Notes: generated from the letters alone by a model not told the origin. Positions 52,449 to 62,256 are shown, numbered from the stretch's first letter. The stretch: 64,000 nt of DNA from an uncultured Thermoleophilia bacterium (GCA_963715985.1 CAVQSP010000011.1:96001-160000); one strand, 5' to 3'. Made by a program: numbers and translations.

Positions 52449-54428
52449 ATGAACGAGGCGCCGGTCACGACCAGCCGTACGGCCATGGCCACCATCACCT
52501 TCACGCCCTCGGGCGAGACGGTGGAGGTGCCGGCCGGCACCAGCCTGCTCGACGCGGCCATCCTCTGCGAGCTGGACGTCCCGGCGCCGTGCGCCGGGCA
52601 GGGCCGCTGCGGCCGCTGCCGCGTGCGCGTGCTCAGCGGCGACGTGGAGCGGCGCAGCAACGCCGGCCTCGAGACGGCCGAGATCCTGGACGGCTGGGCC
52701 GTGGCCTGCCAGACGTACGCCAGGGGCTCGGCCGAGGTGGAGGTGCCCGACCGGCGCAAGGAGAAGGTGCGCCCGCACGGGCACGCCGTGGCCGAGCCCG
52801 AGTCGCTGCCGCTCAGCTGCGACTGGCGGCAGAACCCGGCGGTGCGGACCTTCGAGCTCGAGATCGACCCGCCCACGCTCGACGACCAGACCAGCGACTT
52901 CGACCGCCTGCGTCGGGCGCTGTCGCAGCAGTACGGTCTGGAGGAGATCCGCGCCGAGCTGCCCATGCTGCGCAGACTCGGCAAGGACCTGCGCATGTCC
53001 AACTGGAAGATCAGTGTCACGCTCGAGATGCGCGACTGGGTGTACGGCACGTACCTGCCGCCGCGCCTCATCCGCATCTACCCGGGCGCCTTCAAGCACC
53101 AGAGCATGGGGCTCGCCATCGACCTCGGCACCACCTCGGTGGTCGTGTACCTGCTCGACTTCGGCAGCGGCCGCGTGGTCGACTCGGCGAGCGCCTACAA
53201 CAAGCAGATCTCCTGCGGCGAGGACGTCATCAGCCGGATCATCTACGCCAAGCGCAAGCGCGGGCTGGACCGCCTGCAACACCTCGCCGTGGAGACCATC
53301 AACGAGCTGCTCTCCGAGTTGCAGACGCGCAACGGCATCGAGCTCTACGAGATCCACGAGATCGCCGTGGCCGGCAACACCACCATGATCCACCTGCTGC
53401 TGGGCCTGGACCCGCGCTTCCTGCGCGAGGAGCCGTACATCCCCACCATCGCCTCGGCGCCCAAGCTGGTGGCGGGCGAGCTGGGGCTCAACGCCAACAT
53501 GCTCGCCCGCGTGCACGTGCTGCCGTCGGTGGGCAGCTACGTGGGCGGCGACATCACCGCCGGGGTCATCTCCTCCGGCATGTACGCCACCGACAAGCTC
53601 ACCCTGTTCATCGACATCGGCACCAACGGCGAGATGGTGCTGGGCAACCAGGACTGGCTGCTCTCGTGCGCCTGCTCCGCCGGGCCCGCCTTCGAGGGTG
53701 GCGGCGTCGTCCACGGCATGCGCGCCACCGCGGGCGCCATCGAAGACGTCTTCGTCGACGACGCCACGTGGGAGCCCTCCTTCAGGACGGTGGACGACGC
53801 CCCGGCCGTGGGCATCTGCGGCAGCGGCCTCATCGACCTCCTCGGCGAGCTCTTCGTCACCGGCCTGCTCGACAAGTCGGGGCACTTCGACCTGGAAGCG
53901 GCCACGGCCCGCGTACGCGTGCGCGACGGCGTGCCCGAGTACGTGGTGTGCCGCGCCGGTGAGGGTGGGGCCGCCAAGGACATCTGCCTCACCGAGTCGG
54001 ACGTCACCGGTCTGCTGCGCGCCAAGGCGGCCATCTACGCCGGCTACATGGTGCTGTGCCGCAGCGTCGGCGTAGAGCTGGGCGATGTGGAGCAGTTCCT
54101 CATCGGCGGCGCCTTCGGCCAGTACCTCAACGTGGAGAAGGCCATCCGCATCGGGCTGCTGCCGGACCTGCCGGTCGAGCGCTTCCACTTCCTCGGCAAC
54201 ACCAGCGCCCAGGGCGCCTACTCGGCCCTCCTGTGCGTCAACATGCGGCACGACGTGCAAGACGTGGCCGCCAAGATGACCTACCTGGAACTGAGCGCCG
54301 ACAACAGCTTCATGGACGAGTACACGTCGGCGCTCTTCCTCCCGCACACCGACCTGAGCGTGTTCCCGACCGTGCAGGCTTCGCTCGCCAAGCGCACCAC
54401 CGGTACGGCGCCGCAGGACAGCCCCTGA
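52449..54428 (+). CDS. acsV: Corrinoid reductive activator (RACo/AcsV; 2Fe-2S + ASKHA ATPase)
   Basis: CAGQGRCGRC...AC, DLGTT, GNTTM, VGGDI, DIGTNGE, SAGPAFEG, GICGSG, GGAFG. Confidence 0.9.
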   Translation: MNEAPVTTSRTAMATITFTPSGETVEVPAGTSLLDAAILCELDVPAPCAGQGRCGRCRVRVLSGDVERRSNAGLETAEILDGWAVACQTYARGSAEVEVPDRRKEKVRPHGHAVAEPESLPLSCDWRQNPAVRTFELEIDPPTLDDQTSDFDRLRRALSQQYGLEEIRAELPMLRRLGKDLRMSNWKISVTLEMRDWVYGTYLPPRLIRIYPGAFKHQSMGLAIDLGTTSVVVYLLDFGSGRVVDSASAYNKQISCGEDVISRIIYAKRKRGLDRLQHLAVETINELLSELQTRNGIELYEIHEIAVAGNTTMIHLLLGLDPRFLREEPYIPTIASAPKLVAGELGLNANMLARVHVLPSVGSYVGGDITAGVISSGMYATDKLTLFIDIGTNGEMVLGNQDWLLSCACSAGPAFEGGGVVHGMRATAGAIEDVFVDDATWEPSFRTVDDAPAVGICGSGLIDLLGELFVTGLLDKSGHFDLEAATARVRVRDGVPEYVVCRAGEGGAAKDICLTESDVTGLLRAKAAIYAGYMVLCRSVGVELGDVEQFLIGGAFGQYLNVEKAIRIGLLPDLPVERFHFLGNTSAQGAYSALLCVNMRHDVQDVAAKMTYLELSADNSFMDEYTSALFLPHTDLSVFPTVQASLAKRTTGTAPQDSP

Positions 54429-54444
54429 GACGGAGGCCCGCTGA

Positions 54445-55220
54445 ATGACCACCACCATCGCCGTCGCCGGCAAGGGAGGGACGGGCAAGACCACGCTGGC
54501 CGGTCTGCTCATCCGCCGGCTGGCGGAGGACAAGACCGGCCCCATCCTGGCCATCGACGCCGACCCGGCCAGCAACCTCAACACCGTGCTCGGCCTGCCG
54601 CTCGAGAAGACGGTGGGCGACGTGCGCGAGGAGACCGGCGAGAAGGCGCGCGCCAACCTGCTCGAGGCCGGCATCGCCAAACGCGACCTCCTCGACTACG
54701 AGATCAACGCCAGCGTCGTCGAGGGCGTGGGCGTCGACCTGATCGCCATGGGCCGCCCGGAAGGTCCGGGCTGCTACTGCGCCGCCAACAGCATGCTGCG
54801 CGGCATCATCGACGCCATCGCCGACAGCTACCCTATGGTCGTGATCGACAACGAGGCGGGCCTGGAGCACCTCTCGCGGCGCACCACGCGCGACGTGGAC
54901 GTGCTGTTCATCGTCAGCGACGCCACCGTACGCGGCCTCACCACCGCCGGCCGCATCGCCGCGCTCATCACGCGAGCTGGACACCAAGGTCGGCAAGCAC
55001 TACCTCATCGTCAACCGCGCCGCGGATGGTCTGACGCCCGAGCTCCGCGCGGCCATCGACGAGCACGGCCTGGACCTTCTGGCCGTGCTCCCCGACGACC
55101 CGCAGGTGGCGGCGCTCGACGCCGCCGGCCGCGCGATCGTCGACCTGCCCGGGCGACAGCGCCATGGCTACCGCCATGGGGCCCGTCGTCGACACCGTGC
55201 TCGCCCAGTCGAAGAAGTAG
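54445..55220 (+). CDS. cooC: CooC/AcsF nickel-insertion ATPase, frameshifts near 54972 and 55152
   Basis: GKGGTGKTT, IDADP, GPGCYC, DNEAGLEHLSR; ends ...QSKK TAG at 55220. Confidence 0.9.
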
Positions 55221-55229
55221 GAGGAACCG

Positions 55230-56150
55230 TTGCTCATCATCGGTGAGAACATCCAGATCCTCTCGCCGCCCATCAAGGCGGCCATCGAAGCCCGCGACAA
55301 GGGCCCGATCCAGGACCTGGCGGTCAAGCAGGTCGAGGCGGGCGCCGGCATCGTCGACCTGAACATCGGGCCGCAGAAGAAGCACGGTCACGAGATCATG
55401 CCGTGGATCGTGGAGGCGGTGCAGGAGGTCGTGGACGTCCCGCTCTCGCTGGACACGACCAACTTCGCGGCCATGGAGGCGGGGCTGCAGGTGTGCAAGA
55501 AGCCGGCCATGCTGAACTCGGCGTCGGCCGACCCGGACCGCCTGGACAGCGTGATGCAGCTCGCCGCCAAGTACAACGCGCGCGTCATCGCCCTCACCAT
55601 GGGCGTGGACGGCATCCCCACCACCGCCGACGGGCGCGCCGGCATCGCCATGGAGGCGCTGCTGCCGTCCGCCGAGGCCGCCGGCCTGCCGGTGCAGGAC
55701 GTCTTCCTCGACCCCCTGGTGCTCACGGTGACCTGCAACCAGGACGTGGCCAGGGAGTCGGTCGAGGCCATCCGCATGTTCAAGATGATGGCCGACCCGG
55801 CGCCCACCACGGTGGTCGGCCTCAGCAACGTCAGCAACGGCTGCCCGCCCGAGACGCGTCCGCTCATCAACCGCACCATGCTGGTGATGCTGATGGGTGC
55901 GGGTCTGGACAGCGCCATCGCCGACCCGCTGGACGCCACGCAGAACGCCTGGATCCGTGTGATCGAGGAGCGCGACGACAGCACTCCCCTGGGCAAGCTC
56001 ATCGTGGCCATGTACGACGCCACCGCCGCCATGGAGGATCTCGACCCCGACCTGGTCGACAAGAGCGATCCCGAGCAGGTCGACGTGTACAAGACCTACC
56101 GGATGCTGTGTAACGACGTCATCTACGCGGACTCGTACCTGCGCATCTGA
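55230..56150 (+). CDS. acsE: Methyl-THF:corrinoid protein methyltransferase
   Basis: IIGENI, DLNIG, LSLDT, LNS, DPLVL, GLSNVS pterin-binding barrel in acs context. Confidence 0.88.
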   Translation: MLIIGENIQILSPPIKAAIEARDKGPIQDLAVKQVEAGAGIVDLNIGPQKKHGHEIMPWIVEAVQEVVDVPLSLDTTNFAAMEAGLQVCKKPAMLNSASADPDRLDSVMQLAAKYNARVIALTMGVDGIPTTADGRAGIAMEALLPSAEAAGLPVQDVFLDPLVLTVTCNQDVARESVEAIRMFKMMADPAPTTVVGLSNVSNGCPPETRPLINRTMLVMLMGAGLDSAIADPLDATQNAWIRVIEERDDSTPLGKLIVAMYDATAAMEDLDPDLVDKSDPEQVDVYKTYRMLCNDVIYADSYLRI

Positions 56151-56213
56151 GGGCTCGCGGGAACGCCGGCGCCGTGCCCGGCACGGTGCGGGGGACGGCG
56201 CGCACGCGACGCA

Positions 56214-56258
56214 GACGACGAGGGGCGCCGGGTCACAGACCCGGCGCCCCTCGTCGTC
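56214..56258. terminator. 21-bp perfect hairpin between convergent genes (end of acs operon)
   Basis: GACGACGAGGGGCGCCGGGTC-ACA-GACCCGGCGCCCCTCGTCGTC. Confidence 0.7.
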
Positions 56259-56279
56259 AAAGTGTGCGCACGGACGGGC

Positions 56280-56453
56280 TCAGACCGCCGCGCCGGCGTC
56301 GACGTCGTCCGCCGGAGGCGTGTAGCTGCTCCACGGGTCGGTCTTGTCGCCGCCCCAGCCGCAGCAGCCGCCGTCGCCCTTGAGCATCTTCCAGGCGAAG
56401 TAGCCGCCGACGCCGAGCAGCACGATCGCAAGCAGGAACAACAGTTTCTTCAT
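56280..56453 (-). CDS. Small single-TM protein with GGCC motif
   Basis: MKKLLFLLAIVLLGVGGYFAWKMLKGDGGCCGWGG...; GGAGGAGG RBS. Confidence 0.7.
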   Translation of the reverse strand: MKKLLFLLAIVLLGVGGYFAWKMLKGDGGCCGWGGDKTDPWSSYTPPADDVDAGAAV

Positions 56454-56637
56454 TCGAGTCCCTCCTCCCTTCGGTGTGTGCATCATACCCCGAGCGCAGC
56501 GGTTTAGGCCCGCGGAGGGCCGAGGCAGGCGTGCGCGGAAGGCCGACGCAGGTGTGTTCGGCGCGCCGGTGCCCGGCTCGACACCCTCTCTGCCGGGCTG
56601 GCGCGTGCGCGACGGGCTCCCGTAGGCTCGCGCCGCC

Positions 56638-57069
56638 ATGTGGGTGAGCACACACGTCCTCGCGGGTCTCGCCATCGCCGCCGCCCTCGGCGGGCCGTGG
56701 TGGCTCGTCTTCATCCTCGTCATCCTGGCGCACGTGCTGATGGACCTCATCCCGCACTGGGACTACACCGTGTCGCGGCACCCGCTGGCCTTCGGCGTCC
56801 TGGACTTCGTCGCGAGTCTCGCCGCCTGGCTGATCGCCTGGCTCGTGCTCGGCATGCCCTTCTGGATGGCGTTCATGGGTCCCATCAGCGGCGCCCCCGA
56901 CTGGGACGTGCTGATCGCGGAGATCCGCCGCAAGCCCGAGATCCACTACTTCCCCAGCCACGTGACGAGCTTTCCGCACGGCAAGTCGGGACCGCTGTGG
57001 GGCATCAGCGTGCAGGTCGCCATCATGGTCGCCAGTGTCGCCGTGGTGCTGGCTCTGCGGCCGTATTGA
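56638..57069 (+). CDS. Membrane protein with His/Asp motif (metal-dependent hydrolase-like)
   Basis: THVLAG, AHVLMDLIPHWD, PD, H..H; TM helices. Confidence 0.65.
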   Translation: MWVSTHVLAGLAIAAALGGPWWLVFILVILAHVLMDLIPHWDYTVSRHPLAFGVLDFVASLAAWLIAWLVLGMPFWMAFMGPISGAPDWDVLIAEIRRKPEIHYFPSHVTSFPHGKSGPLWGISVQVAIMVASVAVVLALRPY

Positions 57070-57203
57070 GGGCCGGGACCGGCCGAACGTCCCCATTTCC
57101 CTCTGCGAGGAGTAGAGTCGCGGTGGGCGCAGTGGTGGGGCGCCGCAGCGGCGGCGCCGGCCCCTCGCGCCCGCACAGACGAGAGCGTCGAAGAGGAGGG
57201 GCC

Positions 57204-57662
57204 GTGGCACAAGACTTCGTCATCAAGGAGATCCCGGACCAGCAGGCGCTGACGGTGAGGAAGCGCGTGAGCATGGCCACTATCGGCCAGGCCATGGGCG
57301 AGGCGTTCGGAACGATCATGGCCCACGCGGAGGCGAGCGGCGCGCAGTACGCCGGCCCGCCGTTCTGCTACTACCCGGACGAGATCGGTGAGCAGTTCGA
57401 CGTGGTGGTGTGCTTGCCCGTGCTGCCCGGAGCGACGGCCGGACCCGGCGTGGACCTGGAGACCGTGCCGGGCGGCACCGCGGCGAGCACCGTGCACGTG
57501 GGGCCGTACTCGGCGATGGAGCCCACCTACGCGGCACTTCAGGAGTGGGTGACGGCCAACGGCAAGCGGCCCGCCGGGCCGCCGCGCGAGGTCTATCTCA
57601 ACGACCCCGCAACGGTGCCGGCGAGTGAACTCCTCACCGAGATCATCTGGCCGGTCGCATGA
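57204..57662 (+). CDS. GyrI-like small-molecule-binding protein
   Basis: HVGPY, Y..LQEW, REVYLNDP...TEIIWP. Confidence 0.85.
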   Translation: MAQDFVIKEIPDQQALTVRKRVSMATIGQAMGEAFGTIMAHAEASGAQYAGPPFCYYPDEIGEQFDVVVCLPVLPGATAGPGVDLETVPGGTAASTVHVGPYSAMEPTYAALQEWVTANGKRPAGPPREVYLNDPATVPASELLTEIIWPVA

Positions 57663-58285
57663 GCCCTCTCGACCTCGTGCGGCAGCTCAAGCCGCTGTAC
57701 GCGCCGTCGGCCAAGCATCCCTCCATCGTGGAGGTCCCCGAGCTCACCTTTCTGATGCTGGACGGGCGCGGCGACCCGAACACGTCGGAGCAGTACCAGG
57801 ATGCCCTGGGGGCGCTGTACGGCATCGCCTACACGCTCAAGTTCACGCGCAAGAAGGCGGACGCCGAGCGCGACTTCAAGGTGGCGCCGCTCGAAGGCCT
57901 CTGGTGGGCCGACACCGAGCGGCCGGACCTGGAGGAGCTGCAGACGGCGCACGACGCCTGGAACTGGACGATGATGATCGCGCTGCCGGACGACGTCACG
58001 GCCGCCGAGATTGCCGCCGCCGGGGAGGCGGCGGCGCGGCGGCGGCCGTCACCCGCACTCGGCCTCGCACGCCTCCAGCGCTTCGACGAAGGCATGGCGG
58101 CGCAGATCATGCACGTCGGCCCGTACTCGGCTGAGGCGCCCACCATCGAGCGGCTGCACGCGTTCGTCGCCGAGCAGGGCTACGAACTGCGGGGGCGCCA
58201 CCATGAGATCTATCTCGGCGACCCGCGGCGCACGGCGCCGGAGCGACTCAAGACGGTGATCCGGCACCCCGTGCGCGAAGTGTGA
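57659..58285 (+). CDS. GyrI-like domain protein
   Basis: GRGDPN, PLEGLWW, WTMMI, HVGPY, HHEIYLGDPRR. Confidence 0.88.
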   Translation: MSPLDLVRQLKPLYAPSAKHPSIVEVPELTFLMLDGRGDPNTSEQYQDALGALYGIAYTLKFTRKKADAERDFKVAPLEGLWWADTERPDLEELQTAHDAWNWTMMIALPDDVTAAEIAAAGEAAARRRPSPALGLARLQRFDEGMAAQIMHVGPYSAEAPTIERLHAFVAEQGYELRGRHHEIYLGDPRRTAPERLKTVIRHPVREV

Positions 58286-58313
58286 CGCGCGCGGGCGCAG
58301 CCTGCGGGCTACG

Positions 58314-58472
58314 CTAGCGCCCGCGGCGCCAGAGCACGACGGTGAACACCGCGCCGCCGCCGGCGACGGCCAGCATGAACACGGCGAAGGCGGTGAGGCC
58401 GACCACCCAGAGGGCCGTCGCCACGGCGAGGTCCAGCGCCGCGGCGACGGCCATGAGCTGCCACACCCTCAC
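58314..58472 (-). CDS. Small two-TM hypothetical protein
   Basis: Hydrophobic hairpin ending WRRGR; GTGA overlap with the upstream gene. Confidence 0.5.
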   Translation of the reverse strand: MRVWQLMAVAAALDLAVATALWVVGLTAFAVFMLAVAGGGAVFTVVLWRRGR

Positions 58473-59833
58473 CGCAGAAGCTCCAGCGCGAGACGCTCCG
58501 CGAAGAGCGCCTGGAACCCCGCGTCGCGCACGCTGATGCGCTCGTCCACGTTGTGATAGCGCTCGGTGACCACTTCGTAGCCCTCCTCGATGTGCGGCGC
58601 GAAGTTGTACGCCACCACTCCGGGGAACCCGGCGCGGAACCAGTTCGAGTCGGTGAACCCCACCGAGTGACTGTTGGCGAGCCGCGCCCCGGGGACGTGC
58701 CGCTGCAGCAGCCTGCGCATGGCCTCGGAGAGCGGGGTGGGAAACGGCGAGGCGTTGCCCCTCACGGCGTGGCCGATCCACTCCAGCTCCCAGGCCGCGT
58801 CCACGCCCGACAGGGCATCGCGCACCTCCGCCTCCACCTCACGCTTGTCGTGTCCCGCGAGCATGCGGCAGTCCACGCACACCTCCACGCGCGTGGGGTA
58901 CACGTTCACAGCCTCGCTGTTGGAGTGCACGATGGTCGGCGAGAAGGCGAACCCATAGAGCGGCTCGATCATGTCGGCGAGCCCGGGGGCGAGCCGCGAC
59001 AACTCCGCGAGCGCGAGCCGCGCGTGCGCGGGGTCGCGCAGACGCCGGCGCAGGCCGGGGTCGTCCACGAGCAGCTCCACCAGGTCGGCGGAGGAACCGT
59101 CCACGACCACGGGCAGCTCGTGCGCCACGAGCGCCTCCACGACGCGGGCAGCGGCCACCACGGCGTTGCCGGACGCAGCGGCACCGAGGCGTGGCCGCCC
59201 ACGCCATGGACGACCAGGCGGAACTGGGCCGTGCCCTTCTCCCCGCTCTCCAGCAAGGTAGACGGGCGCCCCGTCGTGCAGCACGTAGTGCCCGCCGCCC
59301 TCGTTGACCACGTAGTCGGTGCGGATCAGGTCCGGACGGTGCTCAACGAGCCAGCGGGCGCCGCACACCGAGCCCTCTTCCTCGTCGGCGGTACAGGCGT
59401 ACACCACGGTGCCGGCGAACGGCGCCCCGGCGGCCGCCAGGCGCCGCACGGCCACGGCGTGCGCGGCGACGAGGTTCTTGATGTCCACGGCGCCGCGCCC
59501 CCACACGTAGCCGTCCTTGATGAGCCCCGAGAAGGGCGGCACCTGCCACTCGGCAGGGTCGGCCGGCACCACGTCCTCGTGCGCCAGGAAGAGCAGCGAC
59601 GGCCCCGGCCGGCTGCCCGGGAGGCGCAGCACGAAGCTGCGGCGGTGATCAGGCTCGCCCACGATCTCGCCGTGCAGGCCGGCCTCGGCGAACCAGGCCG
59701 CCATGAACTCGGCCACGGCCGTCTCGTTGCCTGGCGGGTTACTCGTGTCGATCTGGATCAGGCGGCTGAGGAGCTCGCTGGTCTCGCGCTCAACCTCCGC
59801 CGTCACCGCCGCGTCGATGCCGACGACGTCCAT
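58469..59833 (-). CDS. M20/M25/M40 metallopeptidase, compensating frameshifts about 59170-59260
   Basis: SNPPGNE, HEDVVP, WGRGAVDIK, DEE, NEGG, GEKG/GGHAS in an alternate frame, HNVDER. Confidence 0.88.
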   Translation of the reverse strand: MDVVGIDAAVTAEVERETSELLSRLIQIDTSNPPGNETAVAEFMAAWFAEAGLHGEIVGEPDHRRSFVLRLPGSRPGPSLLFLAHEDVVPADPAEWQVPPFSGLIKDGYVWGRGAVDIKNLVAAHAVAVRRLAAAGAPFAGTVVYACTADEEEGSVCGARWLVEHRPDLIRTDYVVNEGGGHYVLHDGAPVYLAGERGEGHGPVPPGRPWRGRPRLGAAASGNAVVAAARVVEALVAHELPVVVDGSSADLVELLVDDPGLRRRLRDPAHARLALAELSRLAPGLADMIEPLYGFAFSPTIVHSNSEAVNVYPTRVEVCVDCRMLAGHDKREVEAEVRDALSGVDAAWELEWIGHAVRGNASPFPTPLSEAMRRLLQRHVPGARLANSHSVGFTDSNWFRAGFPGVVAYNFAPHIEEGYEVVTERYHNVDERISVRDAGFQALFAERLALELLR

Positions 59834-59852
59834 CTGTGACCCCTTTCGTGCG

Positions 59853-61205
59853 CTACAGCGTGCGGGCGAGCGAGCCCATCGGATCCCACGGCGGCAGCAC
59901 GACGGGCTCGCCGTCCAGGAGCGCGAGCACGTCGGCCGGCACGAACTGCCGGTCCACGACCACCTCGAACATGTACTCCTCGAACCAGTCGTCGCTCATC
60001 ACGAAGTAGCCCTTCTCGCCGTACTTCTTGCCCCACGAGTTCTCCACGCGCCACTTGAGCGGGCGCCCGGCCTCGTCCAGATCGGCGCCCGTGAGCACCA
60101 TGGCGTGCGTCATGGCCGAGTGGCCGTAGGCGACGCGCTCGGCCTTGTCCGCCACCGGCGGCACGCCGTAGATGGCCTCGAAGTCGTAGAGGCGGGCGTC
60201 GAGGATGCCCTGCTTGGTCGACCGCATCTTGCCGACGTCACAGCCGAACCAGACGGGGCGGCCGGCCAGGATCATCTCCACGGCCGCCCTGCGGAACGTG
60301 TCCATCGGCACGTTGAGGTAGCGCACCATGTCGCCGCCGCGCACGTTGCCGAGGTACTGCACCGTGTACAGGCGGCCGAACGGCTTGTCCTCGGTGGGGC
60401 AGTTGATCAGGCTCACCACCGAGTCGAGGTCGAAGCCCACGTAGCGGGCGAAGAAGTCCTGCGGCGTGACCACGCCGTCGCGGTGGAAGACGTCGTCCTT
60501 GTCGCGCCACTGCCACACGAACTCGTGCGGAGGGCGCCCAAGGTGGATGGCGAGCACGCGGTACATCGCCTCCAGCATCTCGTCCTTGCGGGCGCGGAGC
60601 GCGGCGGCGGGCTCGCCCGCCGCGTGCCGGCGACGCAACTCGACCGCCCACTCGCGCAGCAGCGTCGCGACGACGGCGTTCATGGCGTTGGTGCTGCCGC
60701 TCGAGTCCGTCTCCGGCATCACGCTCTTGGGCACCACGCCGTACTTGCGCACCAGGTTGGCGAACATGTCCCACTGGCCGCCGTCGCTGATGGGGTCCTG
60801 CAGCAGGAACCAGACGAGCCTGCCGTCGGCGGGCTCGTCCGCAATCTCGATCATCGTCTCGAGGAAGTAGTTCGACTTCTCCAGCTTGTCCCAGAACATG
60901 AGGTGGTTCTGCGAGAGCTCGAACCCCTCGAGGCCGAGGTGGCGGCCGGCCTCCTCGCGGAAGAGGTTGAGGCCGGCGAACAGCCAGCAGCGGCCGCTTT
61001 GCTTCTGGTCGGTGACCGGGCCGGTCTTGATGAGATGAGAGAAGGTCTGATCGGCGCGCACCACCGCGTCGCGGTCGCGCGCCACCTTCTGCAGGTCGTT
61101 GGCCGTCACCGCGTTCAGCAGCAGGCGGTTCCTGGGCTCGCGCGCGAAGGCCTTGTCGTAGCGGCGCACGGCGGCGGCGGTCACAGCGCTGGCGGGTCGG
61201 GTCAC
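59853..61205 (-). CDS. pepC: Aminopeptidase C / bleomycin hydrolase (C1B)
   Basis: QKQSGRCWLFA, DGGQW, THAM, ENSWG, PWDPMGSLA. Confidence 0.93.
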   Translation of the reverse strand: MTRPASAVTAAAVRRYDKAFAREPRNRLLLNAVTANDLQKVARDRDAVVRADQTFSHLIKTGPVTDQKQSGRCWLFAGLNLFREEAGRHLGLEGFELSQNHLMFWDKLEKSNYFLETMIEIADEPADGRLVWFLLQDPISDGGQWDMFANLVRKYGVVPKSVMPETDSSGSTNAMNAVVATLLREWAVELRRRHAAGEPAAALRARKDEMLEAMYRVLAIHLGRPPHEFVWQWRDKDDVFHRDGVVTPQDFFARYVGFDLDSVVSLINCPTEDKPFGRLYTVQYLGNVRGGDMVRYLNVPMDTFRRAAVEMILAGRPVWFGCDVGKMRSTKQGILDARLYDFEAIYGVPPVADKAERVAYGHSAMTHAMVLTGADLDEAGRPLKWRVENSWGKKYGEKGYFVMSDDWFEEYMFEVVVDRQFVPADVLALLDGEPVVLPPWDPMGSLARTL

Positions 61206-61440
61206 GGTGCTCCTTCGGAGTCGGCAGCCGGTCCGGCGGCGGCGAAGGCGTCGCCCGCGCCGCCGCCGGACCCAACTCTACCCCGTCTCGCTCCTGGACT
61301 TCAGCGCGCATGCCTCGGCGGCTACTCGCTCACGACGCGGATGCCGGCGGCGTCGACGCCCGTCGCGGCCGCGGTTCACACGGGCGCGAGTCTTGGGGTA
61401 CACTGTGGCACCGCGGCGCCCTGAGGCGCCCGGCACGTGC

Positions 61441-61533
61441 GGAGAAGTGGCCGAGTGGCTGAAGGCAACCGCCTGCTAAGCGGTTAAGGGGTGTCAAACT
61501 CCTTCCCGGGTTCGAATCCCGGCTTCTCCGCCA
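61441..61533 (+). tRNA. tRNA-Ser(GCT)
   Basis: GGAGAAG/CTTCTCC, ACCGC-CTGCTAA-GCGGT, long variable arm, CCA. Confidence 0.97.
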
Positions 61534-61580
61534 GTCTCATCCCCCCTCCGCGCACCTCCTCTCCCCGTCACGGAGACGCG

Positions 61581-62060
61581 ATGATCCCGACCGCAGGCTC
61601 GCCCCACTCACACCAGATCGTCGACCTGCGCGCTGTCACCCCCCAGAACTGGCGCGCCTGCGCCGACCTCGAGGTGACCGCCGAGCAGACCGCCTGGGTC
61701 GCGCCGGTGACGCGCTACCTCTGCCTCTGCCACTACGGCGACATCTGGAGCCCGCTGGCGGTGTACGAGGACGACGAGGTCGCCGGGTTCGCGATGTGGG
61801 CCGTCGACCCGGCCGACCTGAGCGGGTGGATCGGCGGCCTCGTCATCGACCGCCGCCGCCAGCGGCGCGGCCTCGGCCGCGCCACCGTCCTCGCGCTGGC
61901 GGAGCGCCTGCGCGCGACGCACGGCTGCCGCTCCTGCGCACTCAGCTACTCCCCGGACAACACGGCGGCCCGCGCCTTCTACGCCTCCCTCGGCTTCGTC
62001 GAGACCGGCGAGATGGAGGACGACGAGGTGGTCGCGCGCCTCCGGCTCGACGGCCCCTGA
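61581..62060 (+). CDS. GNAT acetyltransferase (spermidine acetyltransferase-like)
   Basis: LRAVTPQNW, IDRRRQRRGLG, NTAARAFYASLGF. Confidence 0.85.
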   Translation: MIPTAGSPHSHQIVDLRAVTPQNWRACADLEVTAEQTAWVAPVTRYLCLCHYGDIWSPLAVYEDDEVAGFAMWAVDPADLSGWIGGLVIDRRRQRRGLGRATVLALAERLRATHGCRSCALSYSPDNTAARAFYASLGFVETGEMEDDEVVARLRLDGP

Positions 62061-62178
62061 GACGCGGCCTGAGACCGCGCCGAAGGCGGCCCGGATGGCC
62101 GCGCCCGAGGCGCCGCCCGGAGCCGCCGCTCCCCCGGTTCAGCCCGTCGCCGTTTTCGGGTATACTCTCCCTCCGCGT

Positions 62179-62256
62179 GCGCACGTAGCTCAGTTGGATC
62201 AGAGCGTCGGTCTACGGAACCGAAGGCCGCAGGTTCGAGTCCTGCCGTGCGCGCCA
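62179..62256 (+). tRNA. tRNA-Arg(ACG)
   Basis: GCGCACG/CGTGCGC, TCGGT-CTACGGA-ACCGA, GGTTCGAG, CCA; TATACT at 62161. Confidence 0.97.
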
